Shown here piece after piece: positions 1-10,094 of a DNA stretch of 39,463 bases. Each line of letters starts with the position of its first letter. Within the stretch, counting starts at the first letter, position 1. Source of the stretch: Octopus sinensis. Lineage: Eukaryota. A model generated the notes under the pieces. The model was given only the letters and a program-made list of their open reading frames with translations. It was not told where the DNA came from and did not search any database. The DNA lies in NCBI RefSeq assembly GCF_006345805.1, contig NW_021835687.1, positions 1 through 39,463 on the forward strand, read 5' to 3'. The position numbers and the translations under genes are program-made.

Positions 1-149
1 TTCAATTGATTTTCCGTTCCTAGGTTAATCGGAAACAGATTGCCATGCTACACATAAACCTTCTCGGTAGTTCGATTATTTGGTGAAAAAAATACCACGA
101 AAGTAACTTAAACCGTCCAAAGGACGTTTGCGTTTGCTAGTATGTACTA

Positions 150-368
150 CAGTGGTTTTCAACCAGGGTTCTGCGGAACCTTAGGGTTCCGCCAGTACAG
201 TCCAGGGGTTCCGCAAGAAGTTACAAAACTGCTAAAATCGCCAGTAATTTTTAATTCTCCTGTGCAGATATGTGTGCATAAGACTATTAAATTATTGCAC
301 AGGGGTTCCTTGAGCCAGTGGAATGCTTCCTTGGGGTTTCGCTCCAGCAAAAAGGTTGAAAAGCACTT
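150..368. mobile_element. hAT-superfamily (Charlie-like) MITE
   Basis: Termini CAGTGGTTTTCAACC (150-164) and GGTTGAAAAGCACTT (354-368) are imperfect inverted repeats. A perfect 8-bp direct repeat ATGTACTA flanks both sides (142-149, 369-376); 8-bp TSDs are typical of hAT. Confidence 0.9.
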
Positions 369-619
369 ATGTACTATGTAGGTTATAAATATTATACTTT
401 GATACTCTGTGGATAAACACTTTCAGTTATGCAAAGTAGTGGCGCCAGTTTTCTGTAGCTACTATAATTGATGACTATAGAAACAAATTGGTCGTTTGTC
501 TCTTTGTGGGATTCGTCGCACTGATGTAGACGCTTCTGGAGAGGATCCAATAAGATTCAAAAATCGATAAAGGTTCGTCATTTCTTCAATCTACGGAGAA
601 GCAGCTAAATTATCCTTCT

Positions 620-721
620 TTATAAGGCTAATTGTGCTCCTACAACATTGTGCTCCTTGACCCATGATCCACCAAGTAACTGCCCAATATACCCCATGCC
701 ATGAGATGGCATTGTTTGTTC
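620..721 (-). CDS. Candidate terminal coding exon of an unidentified host gene
   Basis: Acceptor TTGTTTATAATTTAG|G at 722/721 lies in non-repetitive sequence. Phase 0 reads EQTMPSHGMGYIGQLLGGSWVKEHNVVGAQLAL*. The other two frames are also open for 26-43 codons, so the frame is not determined. No homology recognised. Confidence 0.2.
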   Translation of the reverse strand, partial: EQTMPSHGMGYIGQLLGGSWVKEHNVVGAQLAL

Positions 722-736
722 CTAAATTATAAACAA

Positions 737-1116
737 CTAGCAGTATCACCCGGCGTTGCTCGGGTTTGTAAGGGAAATAACTATATAAGCATTTTTAGAG
801 AGTTATAGCCAAAAAGTAGCAAAAAAATGCATTAAAAATGGAAAAAAAATTATGGTAATTTTTTTTTTAAATCGTTGACATTTTTAGAGAGTTACTTCCC
901 TTAGCGAAAAAAATGCATCAAAATGGAAAAAATGATGGTATATTATTTTTTAAATCGTAGACTCATCGTAGACGCGCGCTAATACCCAGAAGGGATCAAT
1001 ATGAATCACGACTATAAGATACCCGCTTTTGGTTACACTGCACCGCAAAATGTGGGAGTAGTTAGGAATCTAAATCGTAGGAGACAGACACACAACTTCT
1101 CTTTTATATATAAAGA
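737..1116 (-). mobile_element. Non-autonomous Helitron-like element, copy 1
   Basis: On the minus strand it starts A|TC (1116), ends CTAG|T (737), and has a subterminal hairpin CCCGAGCAACGCCGGG about 8 nt before CTAG. No TSD. It contains an internal duplication (about 790-870 vs 880-960) absent from copy 2. Confidence 0.8.
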
Positions 1117-1579
1117 TTATAATATCTATGCGAAGCAGCTACATATTCTTGTCGCCGCTGTAGTAAACGATTGTCCCATATTATAGATAGGTCTCGCATT
1201 TTCCTGTCGCCGCTCGAGTAAACGATTGCGCCATGGAGAAGTGTTATGAGCTGATTATTTTGATTCAAATACTTGACTGGTTCTTCAGTATATTGACGCC
1301 GGAAGGATCAAAGGCAAAGTTGACCTCAGCAGAATGTCACATATTTCGGTATGAATGAAGAAAAGCGATATCTGGCCAATTTAATCGAGCGTTATATATC
1401 AATAATATATTTGATTTTTATAATTTGTATTCTTATCTTATATGTATTTGAATTATAAGATATATATGTATGCTGTTATGGTTCTCATTTTGTTAAATGA
1501 ATAAATAATCCAACATTCTAATATCTGAAAGTTGATGAACAAACTAAATTTGTTTCTCCATTTTCTTATTGTGTATTAT

Positions 1580-1854
<275 letters not shown>

Positions 1855-1855
1855 G

Positions 1856-2079
1856 AGACAAAACCTCTATTTAGCAATTCAATCAATACTGAACGATATT
1901 ATCCATACAAAACCATATAGAAAGTAGTGAAAGTAGTTAAATATATTATAAATACTATTCTAAAAATCACAAAACGATTTTTAGAATAGTATTTATAATA
2001 TATTTAACTACCTACTATATGGTTTTGTATGGATAATATCGTTCAGTATTGATTGAATTGCTAAATAGAGGTTTTGTCT
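1856..2079. repeat. Near-perfect 224-bp palindrome (fold-back)
   Basis: 1856-1920 is the exact reverse complement of 2015-2079 (65 bp), and 1933-1968 of 1976-2011 (36 bp). Loop ACAAAAC (7 nt), with one 12x3 internal asymmetry. Confidence 0.95.
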
Positions 2080-2490
2080 GGAGTGGCTGTGTGGTAAGTA
2101 GCTTGCTAACCAACCACATGGTTCCGGGTTCAGTCCCACTGCGTGGCATCTTGGGCAAGTGTCTTCTGCTATAGCCCCGGGCCGACCAATGCCTTGTGAG
2201 TGGATTTGGTAGACGGAAACTGAAAGAAGCCTGTCGTATATATGTGTATATATATGTATGTGTGTTTGTTTGTGTGTCTGTGTTTGTCCCCCTAGCATTG
2301 CTTGACAACCGATGCTGGTGTGTTTATGTCCCCGTTACTTAGCGGTTCGGCAAAAGAGACCGATAGCATAAGTACTGGGCTTACAAAAAAAGAATAAGTC
2401 CCGCGGTCGAGTCGCTCGACTAAAGGCGGTGCTCCAGCATGGCCGCAGTCAAAGGACTGAAACAAGTAAAAGAGTAAAAGAGTAAAGAGT
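2080..2490 (+). mobile_element. tRNA-derived SINE, type A (CORE-SINE-like, octopus OR/OK-type), near full length
   Basis: A box TGGCTGTGTGG, B box GGTTCAGTCC, a CCTTGGGCAAGT-like core, central (TA/TG)n linker, and tail GGCGGTGCTCCAGCATGGCCGC-CAGTCnnnnGACTG-(GTAAAAGA)n. The family name is from memory, not a search. Confidence 0.85.
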
Positions 2491-2518
2491 ATATATATAT
2501 ATATATATAAATATAGAT

Positions 2519-2757
2519 GGATAATGCGTCAATCCGCTACAGCTGTTTCCAACAAATTTTTAACTGATTAATGGCGACATTATAGCATTAGAAAAAAAAC
2601 CCTTTCTCACCAGGTGAATACATGAATCATAACATTCAAAAATATTCAAAAGTCAGCAGCTTGTGCCACTCCATGATTCTATGGCCATTGTTGGTCATAG
2701 AATAATCAATTAAAATTTCGTTGGAAACAACAGCTGTAGTAGTTAGACACATTATCC
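2519..2757. mobile_element. MITE-like element with about 52-bp imperfect TIRs
   Basis: 2519-2570 (GGATAATGCGTCAATCCGCTACAGCTGTTTCCAACAAATTTTTAACTGATTA) matches the reverse complement of 2703-2757. No clear TSD. Confidence 0.7.
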
Positions 2758-2904
2758 GTCCGTTATTTATTTATTTATTTATTAATTATTCACCTCACTC
2801 GGAACTTGCTCCATGCGTAGATCCAGTTTATATTACGGGCCGTACATTTAGTGCAATGTGCATTTCTTGATTAGCCTAGCCTCAGGGCTCGTGATATACT
2901 CAGT

Positions 2905-3130
2905 CGGGTACAGTTAACCTAGTGGTTAGGGCAGCGGACTCGCGGTCGAGGGATTGCGGGTTCGAATCTCAGACCGGGCGATGTGTGTTTTTATGAGCGA
3001 AACACCTAAGTTCCACGCAGCTCCGGCAGAAGGTAATGGCGAACTTCTGCCAACTCTTTCGCCTCAACTTTCTCTCACTCTTTCCTTCTGCATTTTGCAG
3101 CTCACATGTTTTCAGAACATGCCATGTTCA
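2905..3130 (+). mobile_element. tRNA-derived SINE, type D (5' part), interrupted by a type-A head at about 3147-3310
   Basis: CTAGTGGTTAGGGC (A box) and GGGTTCGAATC (B box) are followed by non-tRNA body with no acceptor-stem closure. A GGTGGTGCCCCAGCATGG tail follows at about 3360. Confidence 0.65.
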
Positions 3131-3394
3131 AAATTATTCACACACACATACATATACGGGTGTGTGGTTAAGAAGCTTGCTTTCCAGCCACATGGTTCCA
3201 TGTTCAGTTACATTTTGAGGCCCCATTTGGACAAGCGTCTTCTACTATAGCCTCATGCCGGCCAAACCCTGGTGAGTGGATTTGGTAGACAGAAACTGAA
3301 AGAAGCCCGTTGGCCATCACCATGATTGACCGCTAGCTACTAAAGCTTTCTTTTTCAACGGTGGTGCCCCAGCATGGGCTGAAACATTTTTAAG

Positions 3395-4105
3395 GATTTA
3401 AGGATTTATACCCTAGGTTTACTGAGTCCAATAGCTCAACCTTTGCTTTTTATGATTGCTTCTAGACGATTCCTGTACGTGTCTACAAGCTTCCTGCATG
3501 TCTGCTGAGGGATGTTGGTCCACTCTTCCTTGGCGAAAAGCCTTGAGCTTGATCAGGTTGATCGGTTTTCTAGCCATCATTCTGGTATTTAAGTTTCGCC
3601 ACAAGTTCTCGATCGGATTCGGGTTAGGACTCTGACTTAGCCATTCTAGGACGTAGACACCATTGTCCTTGAACCATTTCTTCACTACCTTGGTGGTATG
3701 TTTCAGATCATTGCCCTGCTGGTACTTCCAGTTGTGGCCGAGTTGGAGTTTCTCAGTGGATTCCTTCACGTTTTCATCAAGGATCCTGATGTAATCCTCC
3801 TTTCTCATGATTCCTTGGACATTGACAAGGTTCCCTGTGCCACTGGAAGAGAAGCATCCCCAGAACACTGTTTCCATCACCATGCTTGATGGTAGGCAGT
3901 GTTCTTCGGCTTATATGCTTCTCTTTTCTTCCTCCAGACGTATTCAGCATTCATACGGCCAACTTCATCTCGTCAGACCACAGGATGGTTGATCAAAAGT
4001 TGGGATCTTGCTTCAGATGACCTCAAGTAAAGGCCAGGCTGGCCACCAGTGTTTCTTTCTGAACAGCGATGTCTTCCGAGGCCTACGTCCATGGAGACAT
4101 CGTCG
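3395..4105 (-). mobile_element. Tc1-family (DD34E) transposase relic, frameshifted, no TIRs seen
   Basis: Minus strand gives ILWSDE..., VWRKKREAY, FWGCFSSSGTG, QQGNDLKH (for QQDNDPKH) and WLSQSPNPNPIENLW (for WPSQSPDLNPIENLW). The catalytic second Asp is mutated. Confidence 0.92.
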
Positions 4106-4119
4106 GTGCAAAATAGCTC

Positions 4120-4309
4120 AATTAGAGGCGATTAATTGGTTAAAATTCGAAAAATTAAACTACACTAAACAAACGAATTACAATTTTATCAAGAAAGCCA
4201 AGAGAAAAAAAATGTTTTATTTTGACAAATTCTACCAGTATACGAAGTTTTAAAGTGTTTAGTTAACTAGAAATTGTGTTGACATGTGCCGTTCAAAAGG
4301 AAAAGATCC
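4120..4309 (+). mobile_element. Partial diverged copy of the GGATC-TIR MITE (3' half)
   Basis: Shares ...TTCTACCAGTATACGAAGTTT..AAAGTGTTTAGTTA... and ends GCCGTTCAAAAGGAAAAGATCC, like 5080-5160. Confidence 0.7.
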
Positions 4310-4736
4310 AAATGTATAAAAAAAGCCAAAAAACAAATACAAATCTCACTTTAAAAGCACTCAACAACAGTTCAGAAGGTCAAGTCCAGATCACTGAGAA
4401 ATGTCTGAATATCCTCAAGAAAGTTTATAATACTAATTTAAAGTACCAGCAGCTTATCCATGAACTAATTGCAGGGTTTAATGTGCTCTGAACGTATGTT
4501 ACGTGTACGAGTAGATAAAGTTAAAAACATGACACTGTTATCAAGATTTTTTTTAAAATTAGTTACAAGATTCTGTAGAAGCAATACGGTTTTTTACTAC
4601 TACTTCTTGTCTAGTAGAGCGTCAGATAAACGAGGGGGGGGGCGGATATTTGTTGTATTGTATTTTATAATCTGTTTTCGTTCTGAGTTCAAAACTGGCC
4701 GAAATCATCTTGCCTTCAGTTACATTATGGTTATTT

Positions 4737-5160
4737 GGATCTTTTCGGTTTGAACAGCAATTTTTTTCTAGCGGTGTCATATGAAATTGTCACCCATAAT
4801 TATGACCCTAGTATCGATCTATTGCATTTCAATCTGTTTTAGCGTTAGGGTTAGAGTTAGGGATGGGAGGAAGGGTATTTTTTTTTCTTCAGAAATGTAA
4901 ATAAACCCAATCTGTTTCTTAAACGAGGGACATATCCATACGGCACAGAATGTTTTCACCTCAATAGACGTCATTGATTGGTTGAAATTGCAGAAATTGA
5001 AGAAAAACAACAACAAATATCTTACAAACTATAGAATTTTCTCAATAAAGCCAAGAGAAAAAGATGTTTTACAAACACATTCTACCAGTATACGAAGTTT
5101 AAAAGTGTTTAGTTACGTGGAAATTATTTTAAGAAACTGCCGTTCAAACCGAAAAGATCT
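4737..5160 (+). mobile_element. About 420-bp MITE with GGATCTTTTCGG TIRs and an internal TTAGGG-like tract, copy 1
   Basis: Left end GGATCTTTTCGGTTTGAACAGCA, right end AAACTGCCGTTCAAACCGAAAAGATC. Flanked by direct repeat (T)GGTTATTT (8-9 bp TSD, compatible with Merlin/Mutator/hAT; superfamily unresolved). TAGCGTTAGGGTTAGAGTTAGGG at about 4840-4862. Confidence 0.8.
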
Positions 5161-5337
5161 GGTTATTTTTCTGTCGTCGATTTTAAACAATGACTTCTTC
5201 TTCCAAAACTGTGCAGCTATGTACTTACATTGCAAGTCGATATTATTTAGTTCAGTGTAAGTCACAGCTCGGTTGCTGGTATGTTGTTTCGCTGTAGATC
5301 AGTTAAGTGGATTGATAAGGCGCCAAATAATTTATAC

Positions 5338-5414
5338 CTCAAGTGGTTCGCCTTTCCTTGGGATATTTTTAGGTTCCACAAAATTGCTTTGTATGCACGT
5401 TACTCCTTCAGCTC
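5338..5414 (-). CDS. Candidate 77-nt internal exon
   Basis: Pyrimidine-rich upstream tract, acceptor TTTAG|G, donor GAG|GTATAA. Only one frame is open: xAEGVTCIQSNFVEPKNIPRKGEPLE (phase 1 to 0). No homology recognised. Confidence 0.3.
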
Positions 5415-5581
5415 CTAAACCACATAATATAATAATTTAAGAAAGAAACAGAGAACTAGAGGACGTTTCTTAAATTATTTATTTCTGTACGTTTTTGTAT
5501 TTTGGGAATTAATAAAAACAAAAAGAAACTGGTTTTATATTGCTAACTATAACGATGTACATATATATACAAATACGCCTG

Positions 5582-5626
<45 letters not shown>

Positions 5627-5821
5627 CATGCCAAGGACCTTTTTTTTTTTAAATAAATACATTAAGAAAACTCACACATCTGAGGGTGTTAAGGGTCGAC
5701 CGATATGTTGGAATGTAACTCCTTTCTGAAAATTCTTTCTTGATGAAATACCCAATTAACCAGTTTCAACTTGAGTTGAACTAACTGGATATGAAAATGG
5801 ATGTAGGGATAAAAATTTTAT

Positions 5822-6237
5822 GGGATCTTTTCGGTTCGACCGGCAGTTTTTAACATAATTTCTAGGTAACTAAACACTTTTAAACTTCGTATACTGGTAG
5901 AATGTGTTTATAAAACATCTTTTTCTCTTTGCTTTATTGAGAAAATTCTATAGTTTGTAAGATATTTGTTGCTTTTTTCTTCAATTTCTGCAATTTCAAC
6001 CAATCACTGACGTCCATTGAGGTATACAACATTCTGTGCCGTATGAATATGTCCCTCGTTTAAGAAACAGATTGGGTTTATTTACATTTGTGAAGAAAAA
6101 AAGATACCCTTCCCCCATCCCTAACCCTAACCCTAAAACAGATTGAAATGCAATAGATCGATACTGGGGTCATAATTATGGGTGACAATTTCATATGACA
6201 CCGCTAGAAAAAACTGCCGTTCCAACCAAAAAGATCC
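5822..6237 (-). mobile_element. GGATC-TIR MITE copy 2, inverted relative to copy 1
   Basis: Same sequence in reverse complement, with both TIRs. CCCTAACCCTAACCCTAA at about 6120-6135. Confidence 0.85.
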
Positions 6238-6239
6238 AT

Positions 6240-6347
<108 letters not shown>

Positions 6348-6679
6348 ATATACATTATTTTTCATAGTAAAACATTTGTAAAATGCTCCTCAATGAAAAA
6401 AGATGTTGTGAACCACTGTTTAAAAATAAACAGGTGCTGTTTAACCATACAGAACTATCCTGCCATTTACGTGGGTGAGGCATTTTTCTTCTGGTGCATT
6501 TGTAATAAAAGACAGCATGCATATATAATTGTTATTGTTTTTCTCACAACTCTATTTACCATATTCTACGCATGCAATATGGCTTGCGTGTTTATGTAAA
6601 TTCTATACATTCTCAGTAACTATGAGTATGTGTGTAAATAATTTTATACATACTTACGCCTACACTTACGTCAACAATA

Positions 6680-7325
6680 GTTTCAAATTTTGGCACAAGA
6701 CCAGCAAGTTCAAAAGTGGGGGGAGGTATGTCAATTACATCAACCTCAGTGTTCACCTGGTACTTACTTCATTGAACCGGGAAAGACGAAAGGCCAAGTC
6801 GACCTTGGCGAAATTTCAACTCAGAATGTCAAGTTGGTCAAAACGCCAAGAAGCATTTTATCCGGCATGCTAACGATTCAGCCAAGATTGGTACCTTGTA
6901 CACTTACACGAATATCGGTTTCGAATTTTGGCACAAGGCCAGCAATTTTGGAGGAGGGTGGGGGTATATCAATTGCATCAAAGGCCAAGTCGACCTTGGC
7001 GAAATTTGAACTCAGAATGTCGAGTTGGCCAAGAAGCATTTTATCCGGCATGCTAACGATTCAGCCAAGATTGGTACCTTGTACACTTCCGCGAATATCA
7101 GTTTCAAATTTTGGCACAAGGCCAGCAATTTTGGAGGAGGGTGGGGGTATATCAATTGCATCAACCCTAGTATTCATTCAACAGGTACTCATTTTATCGG
7201 CCCCCAAAAGGATGGAAGGCAAGGTTGACATTAGTGGAATTTGAACTCAGAACGTAAAGGGAGACAAAATGCTAATCAGTATTTTTTGTCTGGTGTGCTA
7301 ACGATACGGCCAACTTGCCACACAA
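6680..7325 (-). mobile_element. Tandem partial copies of tRNA-derived SINE type B (about 183-bp period)
   Basis: Blocks ...GCATTTTATCCGGCATGCTAACGATTCAGCCAAGATTGGTACC... recur at 6853 and 7036. Type-B motif AAGGCCAAGTCGACCTTGGCGAAATTTGAACTCAGAA is present. Confidence 0.8.
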
Positions 7326-7509
7326 TACACTTACATAAATATATTAAGCAGAAAATTGTGTTTTTAAATTGACATTATCTCATAGCTGTCTACAGAAAGG
7401 TTCTGGCTTTTTATTTATTTATTTATTTATTCATATACATATTTATTTATATATATATTTATTTACTGCTACCTTTGTTTATTTCAATATGTTCTGTATG
7501 TTGACCTGT

Positions 7510-7544
7510 AGATTGTTGTTGTTGTTGGTGGTTGGTGGTGGTAG

Positions 7545-7580
<36 letters not shown>

Positions 7581-7799
7581 ACAGCAGCAGCAGCAGTAGT
7601 ATTAGCTTGTCCCTCCCGGAACTGTAAAAGCCTGGCAATCTAGGGTCAATAGAATCTTGGAAGGCCTGTTTTACGGCATCGTCGTATTCCTGAAAAACGG
7701 ATGAAATGGTCACTCAATAAGAGCTGACCTTGGGTTAAAGAAACGCAACATTAACTACTACTACTACTACTACTACTGCTACTGTTGCTGCTGCTACTG

Positions 7800-7870
<71 letters not shown>

Positions 7871-8045
7871 GGTGGTGGTGATGATGATGATGCTACCACC
7901 ACCACTGACATCACCACCACCACAACCAGGACAATAAAGACAACCACCACCACCACCACCACCCAACAACAACAACAACAACAACAACAATAACAACAGC
8001 AGCAACAACAACAACAATAGCAGCAACAACAACAACAACAATAAC
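7510..8045. repeat. Compound trinucleotide microsatellites (GTT/GGT/GTA/GCA at 7510-7600; CTA/CTG/GAT/GGT/CAC/CAA at 7755-8045)
   Basis: Direct reading. Confidence 0.95.
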
Positions 8046-8274
8046 TAGCTAGAAGTCAACATCTAGAACACCTTGAAATAAACTAAGGTAGTAATAAATA
8101 AATAAATAAATGAAAAATATGAACAAATAAACAAGAAAAATAAACAAATAAATAAGCCGAACCATTCCGTGGCCACCTCAGTGATTATGTCGATCTAATA
8201 ACGTGATTTTCTGGTTAATATTTGGGGCAGATGTTTTTATAAAAATATTTACATAAGCTCATATTGATGTCAGA

Positions 8275-8430
8275 TGTTAGCACAAGGCTAGAAATTTAGC
8301 AGGAGGGGGTAAGTCAATAACATCGACCACCAGGGCTCAACTGATTCTTATTTTATCAACCCCCGAAAGGCTGAAAGACAAAAATCGACCTCGGCTGATT
8401 TTGAACTCAGGACATAAAGATAGACAACAT
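8275..8430 (-). mobile_element. Diverged SINE type B fragment
   Basis: GCACAAGGCTAGAAATTT...CCCCGAAAGGCTGAAAGACAAAAATCGACCTCGGC...TTTGAACTCAG. Confidence 0.6.
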
Positions 8431-8650
8431 GCGGATCATTACCTTTTGACCGACAGATTTAAAAATAATTTTTTGTGACTAAACACTTTCAAACTTCGGA
8501 TACTGGTAGAATGTCTCATATAAAACATCTTTTACTTACTCATAGCAATTTTTGAGAAAAACTTATATTTACGAAGTTATTTCACATTAAAGTTCTTGTA
8601 TTTTGGTAATTTCAACCAATCAATGACGTGTATTCAGCTGAATAAAAATC
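8431..8650 (-). mobile_element. Diverged partial copy of the GGATC-TIR MITE
   Basis: GGATCATTACCTTTTGACCGACAG...AAACACTTTCAAACTTCGGATACTGGTAGAATG aligns to 5822-6020. Confidence 0.6.
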
Positions 8651-8762
8651 CATGGTATGTGGATCAGGTGACTTCTACTATAGCCTCAGGCTGACCAAAG
8701 CCTTGTGAGTGAATATAGTAGACAGAAACTGAAGGAAACATGTTATATGTATATATATATCA

Positions 8763-9445
8763 TCATGGGACGAGGTGGTCAAGCATGACCTTCGTACGTT
8801 GAGCCTCACAAAGGCTATGATGAAAGACCGAGTCCTCTGGAGATATGCTGTGACTTCGAAGACCCGGCGAATGAAGTGAGTTCATGGCTCGCAGGATGGC
8901 CTGCTGTGCTAACCTTGGATCGTAGAGTGACCCGCTTTTCTTGAGAAGACCTATTGAGTCAAGTACATTAACCCCAACATCAAATGAAAATTGAATGGAA
9001 ATAGTAGTTAAGACACCCGTGCCGGTGACACGTTAAAAGAAAAGCATCGTCCGAACATGGCAGATGCCAGTGACGCCTAACTGGTGTCCGTGTCGGTGAC
9101 ACGTAAAAAGCACCAACCGATTGTGGCTGTTTGCCAGTCTTCTCTGACCCCTGTGCCGGTGGCACATAAAAAGCACCCACTACACTCATGGAGTGGTTGG
9201 TGATAGGAAGGGCACCCAACTGTAGAAAAACTGCCAGATCAGACTGGTGCCTGGTGCAGCCTCCTGGCTTCCCAGACCCCAGTCGAACCGTCCAACCCAT
9301 GCTGGCAAGGAAAACGGACGTTAAACTCTGCCTGATCAAGACTGGTGCCTGGTGCAGCCTCCTGGCTTCCCAGACCCCGGTCGAACCGTCCAACCCATGC
9401 TGGCAAGGAAAACGGACGTTAACCAATGATGGTGATGATGATGAT
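8763..9445 (+). mobile_element. RTE-clade LINE 3' end (ORF2 C-terminus, long 3' UTR, (GAT)n tail)
   Basis: Translates WDEVVKHDLRTLSLTKAMMKDRVLWRYAVTSKTRRMK*, typical of an RTE ORF2 end. The UTR has repeated GTGCCGGTGGCACATAAAAAGCACC motifs and ends GGAAAACGGACGTTAA..(GAT)n. The last about 87 bp are tandemly duplicated. Confidence 0.75.
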
Positions 9446-9479
9446 CATCATCATCATTTAACAACTGCCTTCCATGCTG

Positions 9480-9720
9480 GCATGGCTGTGTGCATGTGTC
9501 TTTGTGTAAATGTTTGTTCCCCACCACTGCTTGACAAACAGTGTTGGTGTGTTTACATATCTGTAACTTAACAGTTCAGCAAAAGAGACTGATGGAATAA
9601 GTATCAGGGTTTTACAAAACAAATAATAAGTACTGAGGTTCGCTAAGATCAACTGCAATTCTTCAAGGTGGTGCCCCAGCTTGGCCACAGCTTAACGACA
9701 GATACAAGCAAAAGTTAAGT
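9480..9720 (+). mobile_element. Older type-A SINE 3' half
   Basis: GCTTGACAAACAGTGTTGGTGTGTTTACAT...CAAGGTGGTGCCCCAGCTTGGCCACAG. Confidence 0.7.
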
Positions 9721-9819
9721 GATTAAAGGTAGATGGAACATTAATCTATGTGAACATCTAAAAAGGGGCTCATGCTGGGTGAAATAGCATAAGAAAATAT
9801 AGAAAATTAGTTTCTGTTT

Positions 9820-10075
9820 CATCATCATCATCATCATCATCATCATCGTTTAACGTCCGTTTTCCATGCTAGCATGGGTTGGACGGTTCAACTGGGGTCT
9901 GGGAAGCCAGAAGGCTGCACCAGGCTCCAGTCTAATCTGGCAGTGTTTCTACAGCTGGATGCCCTTCCTAACGCCAACCACTCCGTGAGTGTAGTGGATG
10001 CTTTTTACATGCCACCGGTACAGGTGCCTGGCGAGGTTGGCAACGGCCATGATCGGATTGGTGCTTTTTACGTGC
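9820..10075 (-). mobile_element. RTE 3' UTR fragment
   Basis: (CAT)n-CGTTTAACGTCCGTTTTCCATGCTAGCATGGGTTGGACGG...CTGGATGCCCTTCCTAACGCCAACCAC is the reverse complement of 9180-9445. Further copies lie at about 10935-11010, 11430-11790 (internally triplicated), 18540-18880 (-) and 39230-39463 (+). Confidence 0.8.
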
Positions 10076-10094
10076 CTAAAATAATCCTTTCTAC

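Noticed and set aside
2905-2975. Possible tRNA genes (also about 24975, 38500-38560 and all type-A/B heads)
   Set aside because: A and B boxes are present, but there is no acceptor-stem closure and they run into SINE bodies; they are tRNA-derived SINE heads.
4840-6140. Interstitial telomere or chromosome-fusion scar (TTAGGG facing CCCTAA)
   Set aside because: Only 2-3 imperfect units each, at the same internal position of two inverted MITE copies.
6690-7244. 184-aa ORF with an internal repeat
   Set aside because: Entirely tandem SINE-derived sequence.
7459-7713. Protein-like stretch EYDDAVKQAFQDSIDPRLPGFY behind a good acceptor (TTTTTCAG at about 7693)
   Set aside because: No convincing donor before it runs into poly-Leu microsatellite, and its phase does not fit the neighbouring candidate exons. 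Worth a look only if RNA-seq covers it.
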